Below, piece after piece: positions 49,742 through 64,000 of a stretch of DNA of 64,000 bases. A program made the position numbers and the translations under genes. Within the stretch, counting starts at the first letter, position 1, and every line of letters starts with the position of its first letter. Source of the DNA: Octopus sinensis (taxonomy: Eukaryota). Location: positions 28,334,001 through 28,398,000 of the forward strand of contig NC_043001.1 in assembly GCF_006345805.1 (NCBI RefSeq), read 5' to 3'. Under the pieces are notes generated by a model. It made no database searches and was not told where the DNA came from. It saw only the letters and a list, made by a program, of their open reading frames with translations.

Positions 49742-49972
49742 AGGCGGCGAGCTGGCAGAAACGCTAGCGAACCGGGCGAAATTCTTAGCAGTATTTCGTC
49801 TGCCGCTACGTTCTGAGTTCAAAATCCGCCGAGGTCGACTTTGCCTTTCATCCTTTCGGGGTCGATTAAATAAGTACCAGTTTCGAACTGGGGTCGATGT
49901 AATCGACTCAATCCGTTTGTCTGTCCTCTTTTCTCCCCTCTATGTTTAGCCCCTTGTGGGCACTAAAGAAAT
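49742..49972 (+). mobile_element. SINE family B, full length
   Basis: Complete head and tail. Confidence 0.9.
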
Positions 49973-50044
49973 ATATATCTCGAAATGTTTTCCATCTTTA
50001 AACATCTGCGCCTACAATTTTACTTTTCCTTACAGTTTTCTTTG

Positions 50045-50393
50045 ATTCTTTTATTTGTTTCAGTCATTTGACTGCGGCCATGCTGGAGCACCGCTTCAAT
50101 GTCTTTTAATCTAACAAATCGACCCAGGGCATATCTTTCAAGCCTAATGCTTATTATATCAGTCTATTGCTGAACCGCTAGGATACACACCACACAAATA
50201 CACACACACATAGATATATACATATATATATATATATACGACAGGCTTCTTTCAGTTTCCGTCTACCAAATCCACTCACGTAGTTTTGGTCGGCCCGAGA
50301 CTATAGTAGAAGACACTTGTCCAAGGTGCCAAGTAGTGGGGCTGAACCCGGAGTCATGTGATTGGGAAGCAAGCTTCTTAATACACAGTCACT

Positions 50394-50427
<34 letters not shown>

Positions 50428-50592
50428 GACGGGCTTCTCTCAGTTTCCGTCTAACAAATCCACCCACGAGGTTTTGGCCGGCCCGATGCTATAGTAGAAG
50501 TCACTTGCCCAAGGTACCAAGCAGTGGGACTGAACCCGGAACCATGTGATTGGGAAGCAAGCTTCTTACCATGCAGCTACGCCTGCGCCTAT
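50045..50592 (-). mobile_element. SINE-A with tandemly duplicated 5' half (second head at 50425-50592)
   Basis: Two successive cgacRggcttct...cttacc/cttaa segments separated by (TA)n. Confidence 0.8.
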
Positions 50593-50699
50593 AAATTTTT
50601 ACAACTTAAACTATAAGATTTCTTTTATAACTTTTCTGCAACTAAAATTTTTTGTGTCCAAGTCATACATGCATAGATACATACATACATAAAACTTTA

Positions 50700-50935
50700 C
50701 ATACGTAAAACTTTCCAGAAGTTTATCATTTAAATATATATGGGCATGTCTAGATATTCGACTATATGTATAAAAATACATGCATAAAACAAAGCACACA
50801 AATCTGCACAGGTACATACATGCATACATATATACATTCAAAAATACCACCTCGTTGTTGTTGAAATTCCAATGAAGGAGCCTTGGATCTAGGTTAGAAA
50901 TCGACTCTCTCTATTGGCAAGAAATCTTGAAATGA
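50700..50935 (+). mobile_element. Second 5'-truncated copy of the R4/Dong-like 3' end
   Basis: aaaactttccagaagtttatcatttaaatatatatgggcatgtctagatat...ttccaatgaag...taggttagaaa...ctctattggcaagaaatcttgaaat matches 3865-4280. Confidence 0.85.
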
Positions 50936-51764
50936 CACACACACACACACTCACTATACCTAAATTTGCAGTTAAAATAGTATCAGTTATCTTAAAATGC
51001 TTGTCACTGGAACCTACTATGACGACAGACAGTGGCAACAGTGTTATACAAGCTTTTTATCACGTAAATCCTATGACGTACAGATGTCAGATGTCGCATT
51101 CTTGAATGCGAGGCGGCTATCATATGACAATGTATGGTAATTGTCATCCTTATATATATATATATGTAAGTATGTATATATGTATGTATGTGAACGAGGA
51201 AATAGTATTTGTTGCACGAAACTAGATATAATAAACATTTTATAATGACAAACATCAATCTAGATCAAACATCAAACTTGGCAGAGTGCATGCCTTTGCA
51301 AAACCATTTCAAAAGAGACAGGAGGCGGTTCTGCCAACTAACATAACACACATCCTTCGTGTAGTTTCCATTCTTATTACCGATTTCAGAAAACACATAT
51401 GCGTGTGCTATATATTCACAACTAGGTTGTCTATATTTTTTGGTATTTGTTTAAGACCAGGCATATTGAAATAGTTAAACAATTACACGTTCGATTTTAC
51501 GGTATGACATGTTCAGTAAGTGGCCTCTGTAATCTTCCAGTCGACGAGAATTTGGAGAGTGAAATTTGGTAGAAAGAAGCTGTGCAGATGCCTATCAAGT
51601 GAACTGTATTTAAAAGGATCATTCTTATCAAACATTGCTACGCTAATTATGCCTCAGCATTAAGGTTAAATGTGTCAATGAAATACTCATTTGCTAACAT
51701 AATATTTCAATGGACAAATACTTCAACTGATGAACGAACTAGAATAGTTATCAACATAATCTAT

Positions 51765-51936
51765 GGCGCAGGAGTGGCTGTGTGGTAAGTAGCTTGGTTA
51801 CCAGCCACATGGTTCCGGGTTCAGTCCCACTGCGTGGCACCTTGGACAAGTATCTTCTACTATAGTCTCGGGCCGACTAAAGCCTTTTGAGTGGATTTGG
51901 TAGACGGAAACTGAAGAAGCCCGTCGTATGTATGTG

Positions 51937-51982
<46 letters not shown>

Positions 51983-52160
51983 TCTGTGTTTGTCCCCCTA
52001 GCATTGCTTGACAACCGATGCTGGTGTGTTTATGTCCCCGTTACTTAGCGGTTCGACAAAAGAGATCGATAGAATAAGTACTGGGCTTACAAAGAATAAG
52101 TCCCGGGGTCGAGTTGCTCGATTATGACTGAAACAAGTAAAAGAGTAAAAGAGTAAAAGA
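51765..52160 (+). mobile_element. SINE family A, full length
   Basis: ggcgcaggagtggctgtgtggtaagtagc head, complete tail. Confidence 0.9.
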
Positions 52161-54578
52161 GGTTGGCTCATTTACAAAACTGCTAACGGTGTACAGAGCC
52201 CTTACTGTTCTATGAAAATACCTACAGTTTATTGACCAGCTACAATAATATATCGTTTATATTCTTATTCCCTTCCATTGTCAAAATCCCTTTCTTTAAT
52301 AGCTGTCTATTGCTTTCTATACCTCACTGGTTTACTGGCAGACGAAAACATTCTGCCATAAAACTCTTATCCAGACTACATTGTTGTAGCTATTAGCTAT
52401 TGCCTGGTCGTTAGAGCAATTGGTGTTAAAGATATCAGAGATTAATACTGTTTAGCTGCTTAATTAGTTTAGCAAAATATAAAACAATTTTCATGTAATG
52501 ACATTGCATCAGGTCAGGATATAACAGTAATCTTTGTTTTGGTTTGTTTCTTTGTGTATGTGAATGTATGCATGTGGTTTTAAAATGTTTTTGCTTGTAT
52601 TCTATGAGTATTCAATATTATCATGTTAAAACCATGTTCGCTTGAATACACTTCAGCAAACATGGCTCGGGATTTTCTCTAAATGAAAGAAAGGAAGAAA
52701 AGTAGAGTGACACAGAAAATTGGAAATAAAATGAAAATGGAAGAAAAAAAATGAATTTACTAACAAGATTATTTATAAAATGAACAAAGCTAAAAGTGGA
52801 AGGAGAAAAATATGAAGTAAACAGTATGAATAAAATGAAAATTATTTTATTGATTAAAATGTTACAAAAGACGATGGTAACATTGATGGCGATGTTTAAA
52901 CGACATGAGTAAGAGATGGAGAGAAAGGATGTCTTCAAGAAAATAAACATGACAGAAAAAAAACAACAGTTATAAATATGGTAACATTAAGAAACAATTA
53001 GTAATGATTAGTTATGAGGATAAAAGTTGTTGTTTTTTAATGGTGTCAAGCTATTAAAAAATGAAACAGACAGAATCACACATCAGTTGCAAAAGCAACA
53101 CAAATCAAAAAGAAGACATCGTTATTTAAGAAGAAAAGAAAACTGTTTGAGACATTATTCTACAAACAAGATGAAAATTAATCGATGTTTAAAGATGTTT
53201 AATGAAGAACTGCTTGCAATATAAGACTGGATTTTGATGTGGGGGGACATATATTGCTTTTTTTTTTGTCTCGGCTACCCCGATATTTTACGTAGAAGTA
53301 AATTGGCTGTTGTAATATTCATGACTTTTCGAAAGATATCATTGTGTAACTTAATTGAACTGAAATAGTTTTGACTTGGAATTGAAACTACAAAACAGTG
53401 TTCACTTGCCAACGGCTTACGTTTTGATCTGTGACTTCTCAAATATACGAACACACACACACACACACACCACACACACACACACACCACACCACACACA
53501 CCACACACACACACACACAACACACACACACTAGTTTAAACCTTTAACATTTGCACTGGCCATATAATATATGATTAATTCAAAATAATGTGAATGCAAT
53601 CTGAATGCTAAACAGTTAAAGATTTCTAATTACGTATTTTATTGTATGGAGGGCTTCTTATGCTGAGTAGGTACTACGTCTTCCGGAAGTCAAAAGACTT
53701 TGATTTATTTTTCCTTTATTAACGAGATCGAAAAAAATTGGGGATTGCTTAGAATGGTAAAGAAGTAGCGATTGCACATATGTGAGAGAGAAGAGGTTAG
53801 AGAAAGAAAGAAAGAGAATTTGAGACAGTGGTATCTTAAATTTCAAATTGCGAAAAAATATGAACAAGAGAAGTAGGAGGGATTACACAAGTCATTCCGA
53901 AGAGGGATGGTGGATGATGAGTCAATCTAAATTAGGCAGTATTTTGCTGGGATTATAGAGCTTGTTATTAACAATATCCGTATTTATATCTATGCGCGCA
54001 CACACATTCACGAATTCGCGCGCGCACGAATAGTCCGCTGCGTGCACTCTGCACACGAATATTCAATGGCGTTGTATAAGTTGGCGAAACATTCTGTAGC
54101 TTATGTGAACGCCTCGAAGTCTTTCGGAACATATTTTGCACCAGAACTTTGCACACTATTTCAGTGTTACTGGTCACTCTATTAACAAGTTCTCGGTATT
54201 TGGTATTTTCACACATTACTTGTCTCCACACTCCAGAAGCGCAAAGAACAATGTGTTATTTCCGGCTATGTAATATCTTCTTTTGACTTAAAGTAATGTT
54301 TCTCCTTCTCTTCATAATACCCTACCATTCCACCAGATTGTTTGTGTGTGTATACTTACCGCGATTTAATAATACATTTCCGATATTTGATTGTATGTTT
54401 ACTGTTGTCTGTACGTTGTAGCCATATACATGTATAGGTACAAGTCGCTTTTACGAAAATGCATAGATATAATACGTGTTATAGACGGGAATGTGTATGT
54501 GCATGTAGAACTGCTTAGGTTATGTACGAATTGATGTGTCAGTGTGTGCAGGTAACTCAGTACATTTGTTTGGGTATC

Positions 54579-54623
<45 letters not shown>

Positions 54624-54882
54624 TGTTTACTACATTATGGTGTACTCCTATACGTGGTGAGAACACGCGAGCTAGTAGCATAGTTTCTAATATTCGTATG
54701 TATACGTGGTCTCATATATGTGTGTACCTGTATATCTATTATCCGTATGTAGGATCCCGCATAATTGTTTTAGCCAGTAGGCTGATTTCGATTATTTGTA
54801 TATATGTAGGTATTCATGTATGCATGTGTGTGTGTTTCTATATGTATATATATGAATATTGGTAGTTATCTTCAAGACGTCT

Positions 54883-55176
54883 GAGACCCCCTTCGGTCAC
54901 AACACTGACCATGGGATTCCACCTAGAAAGTTACCCTCCCAGGTATAAGTCCGGGCAAGGTTGTTTATGGAAGACCAGCAGTCGCCCATGCATACTGGCC
55001 GATACAGCTTGGCACCTCTGACGTCGCAACTCATTTCTACAGCTGAGTGAACTGGAGCAACGTGAAATAAAGTGTCTTGCTCAAGAACACAACATGCAGA
55101 CCGGTCCGTGATTCGAACTCACAACCTCACGATCGTAAGCTCGACGCTCTAACCACTGAGCCATGCGCCTTCACTA
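54883..55176 (-). mobile_element. SINE family E, full length with 10-bp TSD
   Basis: Head ggcgcatggctcagtggttagagcg..gagttcgaatc; TSD caagacgtct at 54873-54882 and 55177-55186. Confidence 0.9.
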
Positions 55177-55837
55177 CAAGACGTCTAATGGTTGATTATT
55201 TGGACAATAAACCCTTTCTTCTCTACTTTACTTTGACAAGTAATTCACCCATTCTTTCGCATTCTAACCCACCCCTTTCTTCTCATTTTCTCTCTCTCTT
55301 TCTTTCTCTCTCGAAATCCTCCCCCTTTTACTCTCCAGCTGCTTCCTATCTTCGTATTTTCAGTCGCTAACTTTTAACCATTTCCAGTCGTTCTTCCCTT
55401 TTCCAACTCTTGTATGAGCAAAAAGAGAAAGCAAAGAAAAATATATCTCACTCCCGGAAGAACTACATCCAAAATGTTGGAAACTCTTCTCGCACCGCTA
55501 CACAAATTTACATAACTTTAAACTTTACTTATACATACAATTTTTTACCGACGAAGACCACCAGTAGTTTCCCTGGGTATCGTAGGGATTTTTACTTGCA
55601 TGTAAATGTGTGTAGATGTTTTTGAGTATGTGTATCGTCGTATATGGGTGTGCATAAGTTTCTCTTTTAGATTATGCGGCGCAAAGGAAAGGAAATAGGC
55701 AGTTAAGCGTTCCTAATTTTATAGAACGCACTAAGGATATACTTAAACGTGATTTCTTGCATCAAAGTATGAATATTCGTATAAAATAGATTGTAACTTT
55801 CCATTTGTAGTGCTTGCTTGTGATACCGATATTGAAC

Positions 55838-56065
55838 GAGCTGGAAGAATCGTTAGCACGCCGGGCGAAATGCGTAGCCGTATTTCGTCTGCCGTTACGT
55901 TCTGAGTTCAAATTCCGCCGAGGTCGACTTTGCCTTTCATCATTTTGGGGTCGATAAATTAAGTACCAGTTACGCACTGGGGTCGATATATAATCGACTT
56001 AATCCGTTTGTCTGTCCTTGTTTGTCCCCTCTATGTTTAGCCCCTTGTGGGTAGTAAAGAAACAG
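55838..56065 (+). mobile_element. SINE family B, full length
   Basis: Family B match; gatattgaacgag repeated on both flanks. Confidence 0.9.
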
Positions 56066-56779
56066 ATATTGAACGAGGAGAAACCTAACAATGTTGAAAT
56101 TGCAAAGGACTGCATTAAAATGGTATTTTTTATGAATTTAGTTTAGGTTGTTTGAGGTGGTCAGATACAATGTTTAGTTAGTACTGTTGGGAAAGATATA
56201 GTGATAACTGAATAATCCTTTTCATATATTTTATTACCGAGTTGATGTTAATAATAAAATTGACCAAACCGAGGAATGAATCTAGGGTAATGATACAACA
56301 AACAAGATACAGCAAACCAGCCAGATATTTCTTTTGCCGTTTCCAGCATCGTCCATTATCCTGGAAAATAAAATAATATTCTGAAACAGGAAGCCTGCCA
56401 AAATATAATAAACACCACCGCCATTGCGCTCTCAGTAGAATAGCACCAGCTTATAACAGAGCCGAGAATTTAGGGGTCTAAATGTCACCGAATGTCAAAG
56501 CCAACCTGAGCCAGTATAATGTCATTAATCAGATATGTTAGGTCTCCTGACCTACAAGATAATCTTCAATAATAAGGAAGAGACTAGTGAAAGTTTTACA
56601 GGGTATTCAGCTGCAACGCATAAACTACAAATGTTACTGTTGCTAATTTAATATTTCAATAAGAAGCCTGATTTTACAACTGTTTGCTCTAGATAAATTC
56701 CTGTGTTTCATGCACACACAAACACAGGCACACATGCACACAGACTCTCACACACACACACACACACAAAACAAATAAG

Positions 56780-56787
56780 ATACACAC

Positions 56788-56854
<67 letters not shown>

Positions 56855-56915
56855 CAGTTAGATAGACAGGCAGACAGGCAGACAGACAGCCAGACAGACA
56901 GACAGACAGATAAAC

Positions 56916-56967
<52 letters not shown>

Positions 56968-57036
56968 TAGATAGACAGTTAGATAGACAGGCAGACAGGC
57001 AGACAGACAGCCAGACAGACAGACAGACAGATAAAC

Positions 57037-57091
<55 letters not shown>

Positions 57092-57151
57092 CAGTTAGAT
57101 AGACAGGCAGACAGGCAGACAGACAGCCAGACAGACAGACAGACAGATAAC

Positions 57152-57220
<69 letters not shown>
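56780..57220. repeat. (GATA)/(GACA) array with a ~120-bp higher-order unit x3
   Basis: cagttagatagacaggcagacaggcagacagacagccagac recurs at 56855, 56976 and 57092. Confidence 0.95.
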
Positions 57221-57221
<1 letters not shown>

Positions 57222-59521
57222 GCACGTGTATGTGTATATATGTGTGTTTATGTGTGTGTTTATATGTGTGTAATGTGTTTATGTGCATGTAGGTGTGTGT
57301 ATGCAATTGATATATGTAAATATGTATGTATGTATGTATCCCATAGCATACACAAGCATCTTCAGCTGACGTACCTAGCCTCTGACCGCATCTACCTTGC
57401 ATCTTAGAACTTGTGCGAAAATCGCGTCTATTAAGTTGATGTTTATTGTTGTTATTATTGCTGCCTTTGTTTTTGTTGTTGTTGCTACTGTTATCCGGTC
57501 GTTTTCGGGTTCATGTGGAAAAACAAATGCCTTGCAATAAATATCCGTAATCGATAGATATTGCTATATATCATCTTGTTCCTGGCCGTTTGACCGAAGG
57601 TTAGCGAGTATATAAATATTTTACCATCAATAAATTGTCCATCTCTCCAAATATATACTTTTATAAATGACCGTTTCGCTCACATCTGGCTAGTATCGTC
57701 AATTTTTCTCGGCAACGTTTTGGATAGACCTAAGTTTAGAGCAGCCAGAGACAAGCCCTGCTTTATAAGTCTTCAGTAACATGACCAAGATAAAATGAAA
57801 TAAAATAAATAAAAATACGAGTTCCTTGAGAATTTATTATTAACTACGAGATTGTGTTTTATGTTTCACGAAGAAAATATATCAGAATATACCTGAATAT
57901 TTTATATATAGAAAACTATCAGAGAACTGCAGTAAATATATTCTCCACATCACGAACATATCGTTGAATATAAAGATATACTTTATCAAACTGGGGTCAC
58001 AATGTTATATAAATATTTGTCACATGATTTTTCTCCTTCGTTTTTGCTTCATTTGTTGTTATTGTTTATTTGATTTTTGTTCGCTTGTGTGTTTGTCTTC
58101 CATTTTTTTCCTGGTGATTTATATAGAATTATCTTATATTTGATATACGTCTTCTGATGTTAATACGCTGAAGCAGAACATAGAAGCAGCGAGTTCGTAG
58201 GAATTTGCCATATTTATTTCTGTAAACTACTAAGTAACACCGCGGTATTATTGTTGTTATTTGACCCAAGTTAATTCTGATAGATCAGGCCAATCAATGA
58301 TTAAATACATTTCAACCATGACCATCACATCTTCACTCAGGCTTTGCTTACCCATGACTACACCATTCAATGGGTCCTTTTTTTAACCTTTGTCTGCCCT
58401 GTGTATCACATATGAGTGCATATTTTTATCCAGTCTACATTATCCGGTGTGTCTTTACTTTATGAAGACGAGACGGTGTGAGTTGAGGGAGATTTTACTG
58501 TTGTTTCAAGTAGGTCTACGATCAGATAGAAACTCCAGCATTGCCTTGTATCAATGACAGTTACATACTGGGATTAATTCAATTGACAATGACCAATCCC
58601 CAAAGAACTTGGCTTGGGAACTATCTAGAAAATGGATATAATGGAACAATGTAACTATTGTCTAAGAGTCTTGTTTTATTTTTTGTTGGATCTGCGAAAT
58701 ATTTGATGCTGTGGTTGTTTAGCTTAAGGCTAAACATGGCAAGTAAAGGTTTGATCAAAGAATTTCAGCCTCCACTATCTCATCTTTTATTCAGACCCAG
58801 AGTATCTAAGACAACATTATAGAACGTGTCCTTCTTTTAAAAAAAATTAAACTAGTTGAGGTGTAATCTAAGAGAAATTTAGCCGCTAAGTTTTCAAGGT
58901 CGGAGACTTGAAGAGGTTTCTTTATTCGCATATTGTCAAATATATTTCATTTAGTGTTTAGCACGAAAAATAATAAGATTTAATTTCCAGTCGTACTGAA
59001 ACTGTAATCTCAGTTTAAATTCCGAGTTAACGATATTTCATTTCACAGACACCGTTATTACCCTCAGAGAGAGTAAAATTATAACCCTCGCAATGAAATA
59101 AAGAAAACCAGCATCATAATTATTTCTGGAAGGACATTAGTAATTACCGACAGAGAACGGTGCTAGAATAATTTATTTAAGATATTTAGTTTCGTTTCTC
59201 CAAATTGTTATCTCAAATTTAGCCGAAATGAACAACTTGTTTCATTATTAATTATAGGTTCCCACAAAATGTATGGTGTTCTATCAAACTTAGCAACAGG
59301 TCACATATTTTGTGGGGTTGGGTTGAGAGCCGAGGAAACATTAGCCGATAAAATATATTCTAGCACTTGACAGGTTTTTAGTATTATCGATCCCGAACTT
59401 GAGTTTTCTATGTTCAAATTCCGACGAGGTCAATTTCAGCGTTCATCCGTCTAAAACAAGGAAAACAAAGAAAGAACGAAAACAATTTAGTGAGATACGC
59501 TACGATATTTAGTGAGATACG

Positions 59522-59670
<149 letters not shown>

Positions 59671-60309
59671 AACCTATATATAGATACCTTTAATTTTTCT
59701 ATAATATTGAGTTACGACTGCACATTCTGAGTTCAAACCACCCTGTGGTCAACTTCTGCAGTTATTAAAATAAAATTATAAACAAGTGTACCTTTTCCAG
59801 AATGTGTAACCTTGTGACAGTGTGAGAAATCAATACTTTTCTCTTGTAAGCACAGTTTACTAATACAATTAGTTCAAGTCAAATCATACCTAACACCATT
59901 TAATGTCTCAAATAGTTTGGCGCTATTATAACAATGAATTATATTTCCCCAATATAAAAACAATAAGACCTTAAGTTTAACATGAGTATATGCCTAAATG
60001 AAACACTAGTTAACACTAGATTATTTTTCTTTAACTAGTTAACACTAATTGCAAAAGTAATAACAATATTACTCGATAATGGGGCAAATAGCAGGGAATA
60101 TACACACACACTATTAAAATACACTGAATTTCTATCAGCGCACCGATTTATTATTGTGAAGGAAATGAGAAAATAGGACTTTGTGGCTTTATCAAGAGAT
60201 GCAATGTGAAACAAGCTAGGCTCATTAGAGAATTTAATCCCAGTTGCTACTGAGATAGATCAGAGGGCGGCAGATTATCATTATAATCTAATACATAACA
60301 TATATATTA

Positions 60310-60905
60310 TCTATATATATAAAACGGAGAATTTGTGTCTGTGTGTTTGTATGTGTGCATCACAAAAACTCGAGAACTACCCAACCGATTTTAAATTTTA
60401 CACATGCCTAACTTAGGGTCCATAGAGTGACATGGGCCAAAACAATTTTCAACTTCTTTCCTAATGCGACCCCGAATAAGTTCTTACCTCTTACATTGTT
60501 TCGGCATTACATGTCAAAAGTGAAATAATAACATTTCTATTGTAATGTGATATAATAGTTTCAATATTATATGGTTTCAGTTTCAATTAGTTTCACTATG
60601 CATTTATATACATGCTTATATATATATATATATATACATATTCATGTGTGGGTATTTCTGTCTGTTTGTTTCCCTCACCTTCGCTTAGAAACCGATGTTG
60701 CTGTGTTTTCATACCCATAACTTAGCGGTTCGGTAAAAGACAGAGATAGAGTCACTATTAGACTTACAAAAAATAAATCCTGTGGTCAGTTTGTTCTACC
60801 AACGGTCGTGCTCCAGCATGGCCGCAGTCACATTACTGAAGCAAGTAAAATGAGAAAGAAAAATTATGCCATTTTAATCCCGAGCAAGGCTGGGTTCCAT
60901 GCAAA
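60310..60905 (+). mobile_element. Non-autonomous Helitron-type element with a nested SINE-A 3' part (60650-60850)
   Basis: 5' TCTATATATATAAAA..gtgtctgtgtgtttgt..caaccgatttt; 3' hairpin cccgagcaaggctggg. Confidence 0.55.
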
Positions 60906-61638
60906 TAAATACAAGATAAATGGTGTGCTGTGACTTTCATTTCTTTACGAAGTTTATTAGTGACACAATTACTAATAGAGGGGATAGAAAATCGACCATC
61001 AGTCTTGACTCACTGAGGTTATCACGCGCCCGATTTATCATCTATATAATATCTATTTATTTGTTTATGTCATTCTCTATTACAATTATCCGAAATTATA
61101 GAGAAAACTCATAAAGTGTGACAAGTTCTCAGCCCTCTGCACATATAGTTAGTAAGTTCTGATGTTTGATTGCAACGGAGGTGTTTCGATATCAAAGCAG
61201 CAAATTTGCTTGCTGAAACAGTAACTATATTTATACAATCTAATTTTCTTATTCATTGAAGCTCAACTATAATATCTTCTATGGAACAACACCTATAATT
61301 GAGGTAAATGATATAGTATTTTTAGCCGTCCTTTGACTGTAACAGAAACCGGACATCTCTTTCTCTTTCAGTGTATTTGATGAATATCGGTGATCAATCC
61401 TAATTGTATGACTATGATGAATGACTTGTATTTTTTTTTATCCCATATCCATGTTGATCTTTCTTAGGTTCTTAACTGATATCAGGGGTTTCAATTATAT
61501 TCATGAATAGAAATGTGTGGTTCTGCTGTGATAATACCAAACTTAAGCGTTAATGTGGTTTTGGAAGACAAAACGACTTGTACTCTTTCGCCACAACTTT
61601 CTCTCACTCTTTCTTCTGTTGGCCAGCGGAGTGGCATC

Positions 61639-61896
61639 ATTTAAAGGCTAAAACAATGCGAAGCGCATTGTGACCAGCGATGTGTAGTAACATCTGATAG
61701 CCTGGTTGGTCACGGTGTTCACGGTGATATTCCGTCTATAACTAGATGCATGCCCGGTTATGTAGTTAAGGAGATAACCGGGCATGCATCTAGTTATAGA
61801 CTGAATATCACCGTGATCAGCGTGACTGACCAGGCTATCAGATGTTGCTACACATCGCTGGTCACAATGCGCTTCGCATTGTTTTAGCCTTCAAAT
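61639..61896. repeat. Fold-back inverted duplication, 123-bp arms (7 mismatches), 12-nt loop
   Basis: 61639-61761 vs revcomp of 61774-61896. Confidence 0.95.
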
Positions 61897-62565
61897 TTAG
61901 TTAAGGTGATTACTTAACTAATGTAGGAGATTAGTTAAGGAGATTGCTTAAAAAATGTAGTTAAGGAGATTGCTTCGCAACTGCATGGCTTTGGGTTCAA
62001 ACCCACTGAGTGACAATTTAAGAAAAATACTTCTATCATAGTCTCAGCTCGACAAAATTCTTGTGACAAATATCTGATCTTACTCTCCCGTTCCAACGAT
62101 TTACCCTTACAAACCAGACAGTGTGTGTGTGTGTGTAAATGTGTATCTTCAATTTGAGTGCTTCATCAGTTGTTTTACTGGTTCAATATCAAATTTATAT
62201 CATTTGCTTACGGTTAGTTATTCCTAACAAATTACAAGACACATCTGAAAGCCGCACATACAGATGGCTGAAAATATATTAGTTACCATCGGTACACATC
62301 AACGCTGCCTGGTCAAGCAAATATCCATTCGGACATGTGGCGAAAGCAATGACCAAATTAATGAGACAATGGCTACTACAACTGTAAAATCAGATAATTT
62401 TCTTAAAGATCTCCAAGATGCGAATTATCCAGATATATTTTCCATGCGAGTTACTCGTCAATGTCATATAATACATGTCTCTATCTTCCTCTCTTTCTTC
62501 TCTCTCTCCTTTTCCCGCTCTCTCTCCTTTTCCCGCTCTCTCTCTCTCTCTCTCTCTCTCCCTCG

Positions 62566-62628
<63 letters not shown>

Positions 62629-62866
62629 TTTGAGGGAATATTAATCCTAACTTACGGGAGAAAATTCAATTTAGAAATACTAAATCAATTTCACACAATA
62701 TAATATATATATATAAAAAATTAGAAAAAAAAACCTTTTATCAATTCAAAATGAAAAATTAAATAACACCATCTAGAAAATTACATGTAATAGAAATATT
62801 AAAATCAAAATAACAATAAAATACCAATGATTAAGTAAATTGAAAAAAAACAAAAAAAAAACGTAC

Positions 62867-62914
<48 letters not shown>

Positions 62915-63066
62915 AATTGTTTTTGAGTATACATTGTCTGGGAGACTCTTCTTATAGTAGAGGAAATAGCTAAATTCTTTAGCTGCTGTTTCTAAAAGTT
63001 CGGTATGTGGTAGAGCAATTTTTTTGCTGAACCCTAAGTATACAAAGTAATATACATATATATATA

Positions 63067-63108
<42 letters not shown>

Positions 63109-63174
63109 CGTATATATATATGTGTATGTGTGTGTGCGCACGCACAAGCATGTGCTACAGTAGCGTGTCATTTT

Positions 63175-63478
63175 AGTATCTGGAACTAAGCGGTTCGGCA
63201 AAATATTTCGATAGAATAAGTACTGAACTTAAAGAATAAGCACTGCCGCTTAGGTTGATTTGTCTGACTAAACTTTTCAACTCGGTGCAGCAACATGGCG
63301 GCAACAAAAGTAACTGAAACAAATAAACGAAAAGGATATATATATATATATGTACACACACGTAAATGTGCGTGAGTGTATATATGTGTGTGTATGTGTG
63401 AGTGTATATATATGTGTGTGTGCTTGTATGTGTCTGTGTATAAGTATATATGTGTATGTCTATATATATATAAGTATA

Positions 63479-63509
<31 letters not shown>

Positions 63510-63825
63510 CAGAGGGCACGTGGCCTAGTGGTTAGGGTGTTGCACTCACGATCTAGCGACAGTGATTTCAGTTCCTAGACCGGGTGGTGCTTTGTGTTCT
63601 TGGGCAAAGCACTTCATCCCCCCTTGCTCTGCAATCACTTCGATAACTATAACTGCGGTGTGGTACACAGAGCCCCTGTTCAAACAACGTCGATTTGATG
63701 GAGGGATTGAGCTGATGTGCGGCACGAACATTTGATCACTATAAGCGAATCATTTGAGCAGGTTGTTCGGCAAAAATAAAAAGCTGAACGATCATACGTC
63801 GTCGTCTTCGACGGAAGAGTCCATC

Positions 63826-63830
<5 letters not shown>
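63175..63830 (+). mobile_element. SINE-A 3' part (63175-63335) and SINE-E-type copy with another tail (63513-63830)
   Basis: gagggcacgtggcctagtggttaggg head; ttgtgttcttgggcaaagcacttcat domain. Confidence 0.75.
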
Positions 63831-63863
<33 letters not shown>

Positions 63864-64000
63864 AGAAGTTTGACACACCTGTAGTGCTTAAGATGGATAG
63901 AACGATGCAAAAAGCTTGATGGCAGCCTTATGACTTTCTGCTGCTCTGAATTTGGTTTTCTTTTAACATACATGATATCTTAACTTAGATGATATCTTAT

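Noticed and set aside
49429-50670. 18-bp exact inverted match (49429-49446 vs 50653-50670)
   Set aside because: Does not extend beyond ~23 bp; could be chance or a very old repeat.
53968-54231. 87-aa non-repetitive ORF
   Set aside because: No recognisable domain or splice signals; within chance expectation.

Overview
Eukaryotic, AT-rich, repeat-saturated non-coding DNA. The SINE families and microsatellite load look like an octopus (coleoid cephalopod) intron or intergenic region; this is recalled pattern, not a database match. No host protein-coding gene could be identified. Almost every supplied ORF is a translated microsatellite or a transposon remnant. Contents: (1) dozens of tRNA-derived SINE copies in at least four head families (my labels A, B, C, E) with swapped 3' tails; (2) decayed autonomous elements: Tx1/L1-like, R4/Dong-like (RLE), CR1/L2-group, a Penelope-like (PLE) GIY-YIG region, mariner, DD37D/maT and a FLYWCH-MULE; (3) MITEs of pogo/TA, piggyBac/TTAA, hAT and Helitron type; (4) a 164-bp antisense 28S rRNA fragment fused to a SINE Pol III head; (5) a ~42-copy 12-bp minisatellite inside a LINE 3' end. 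The most notable theme is a set of at least five PLE-end families carrying minimal type-I hammerhead-ribozyme architectures with palindromic stem III. One has an intact core, one has a family-wide core variant, and several are folded into long inverted repeats. Other leads: an R4/Dong-like family that appears to target (TACA)n/(CA)n, recurrent SINE-B dimers with a fixed junction, and many fold-back hairpins. Coordinates of decayed elements are approximate (about +/-20 bp).
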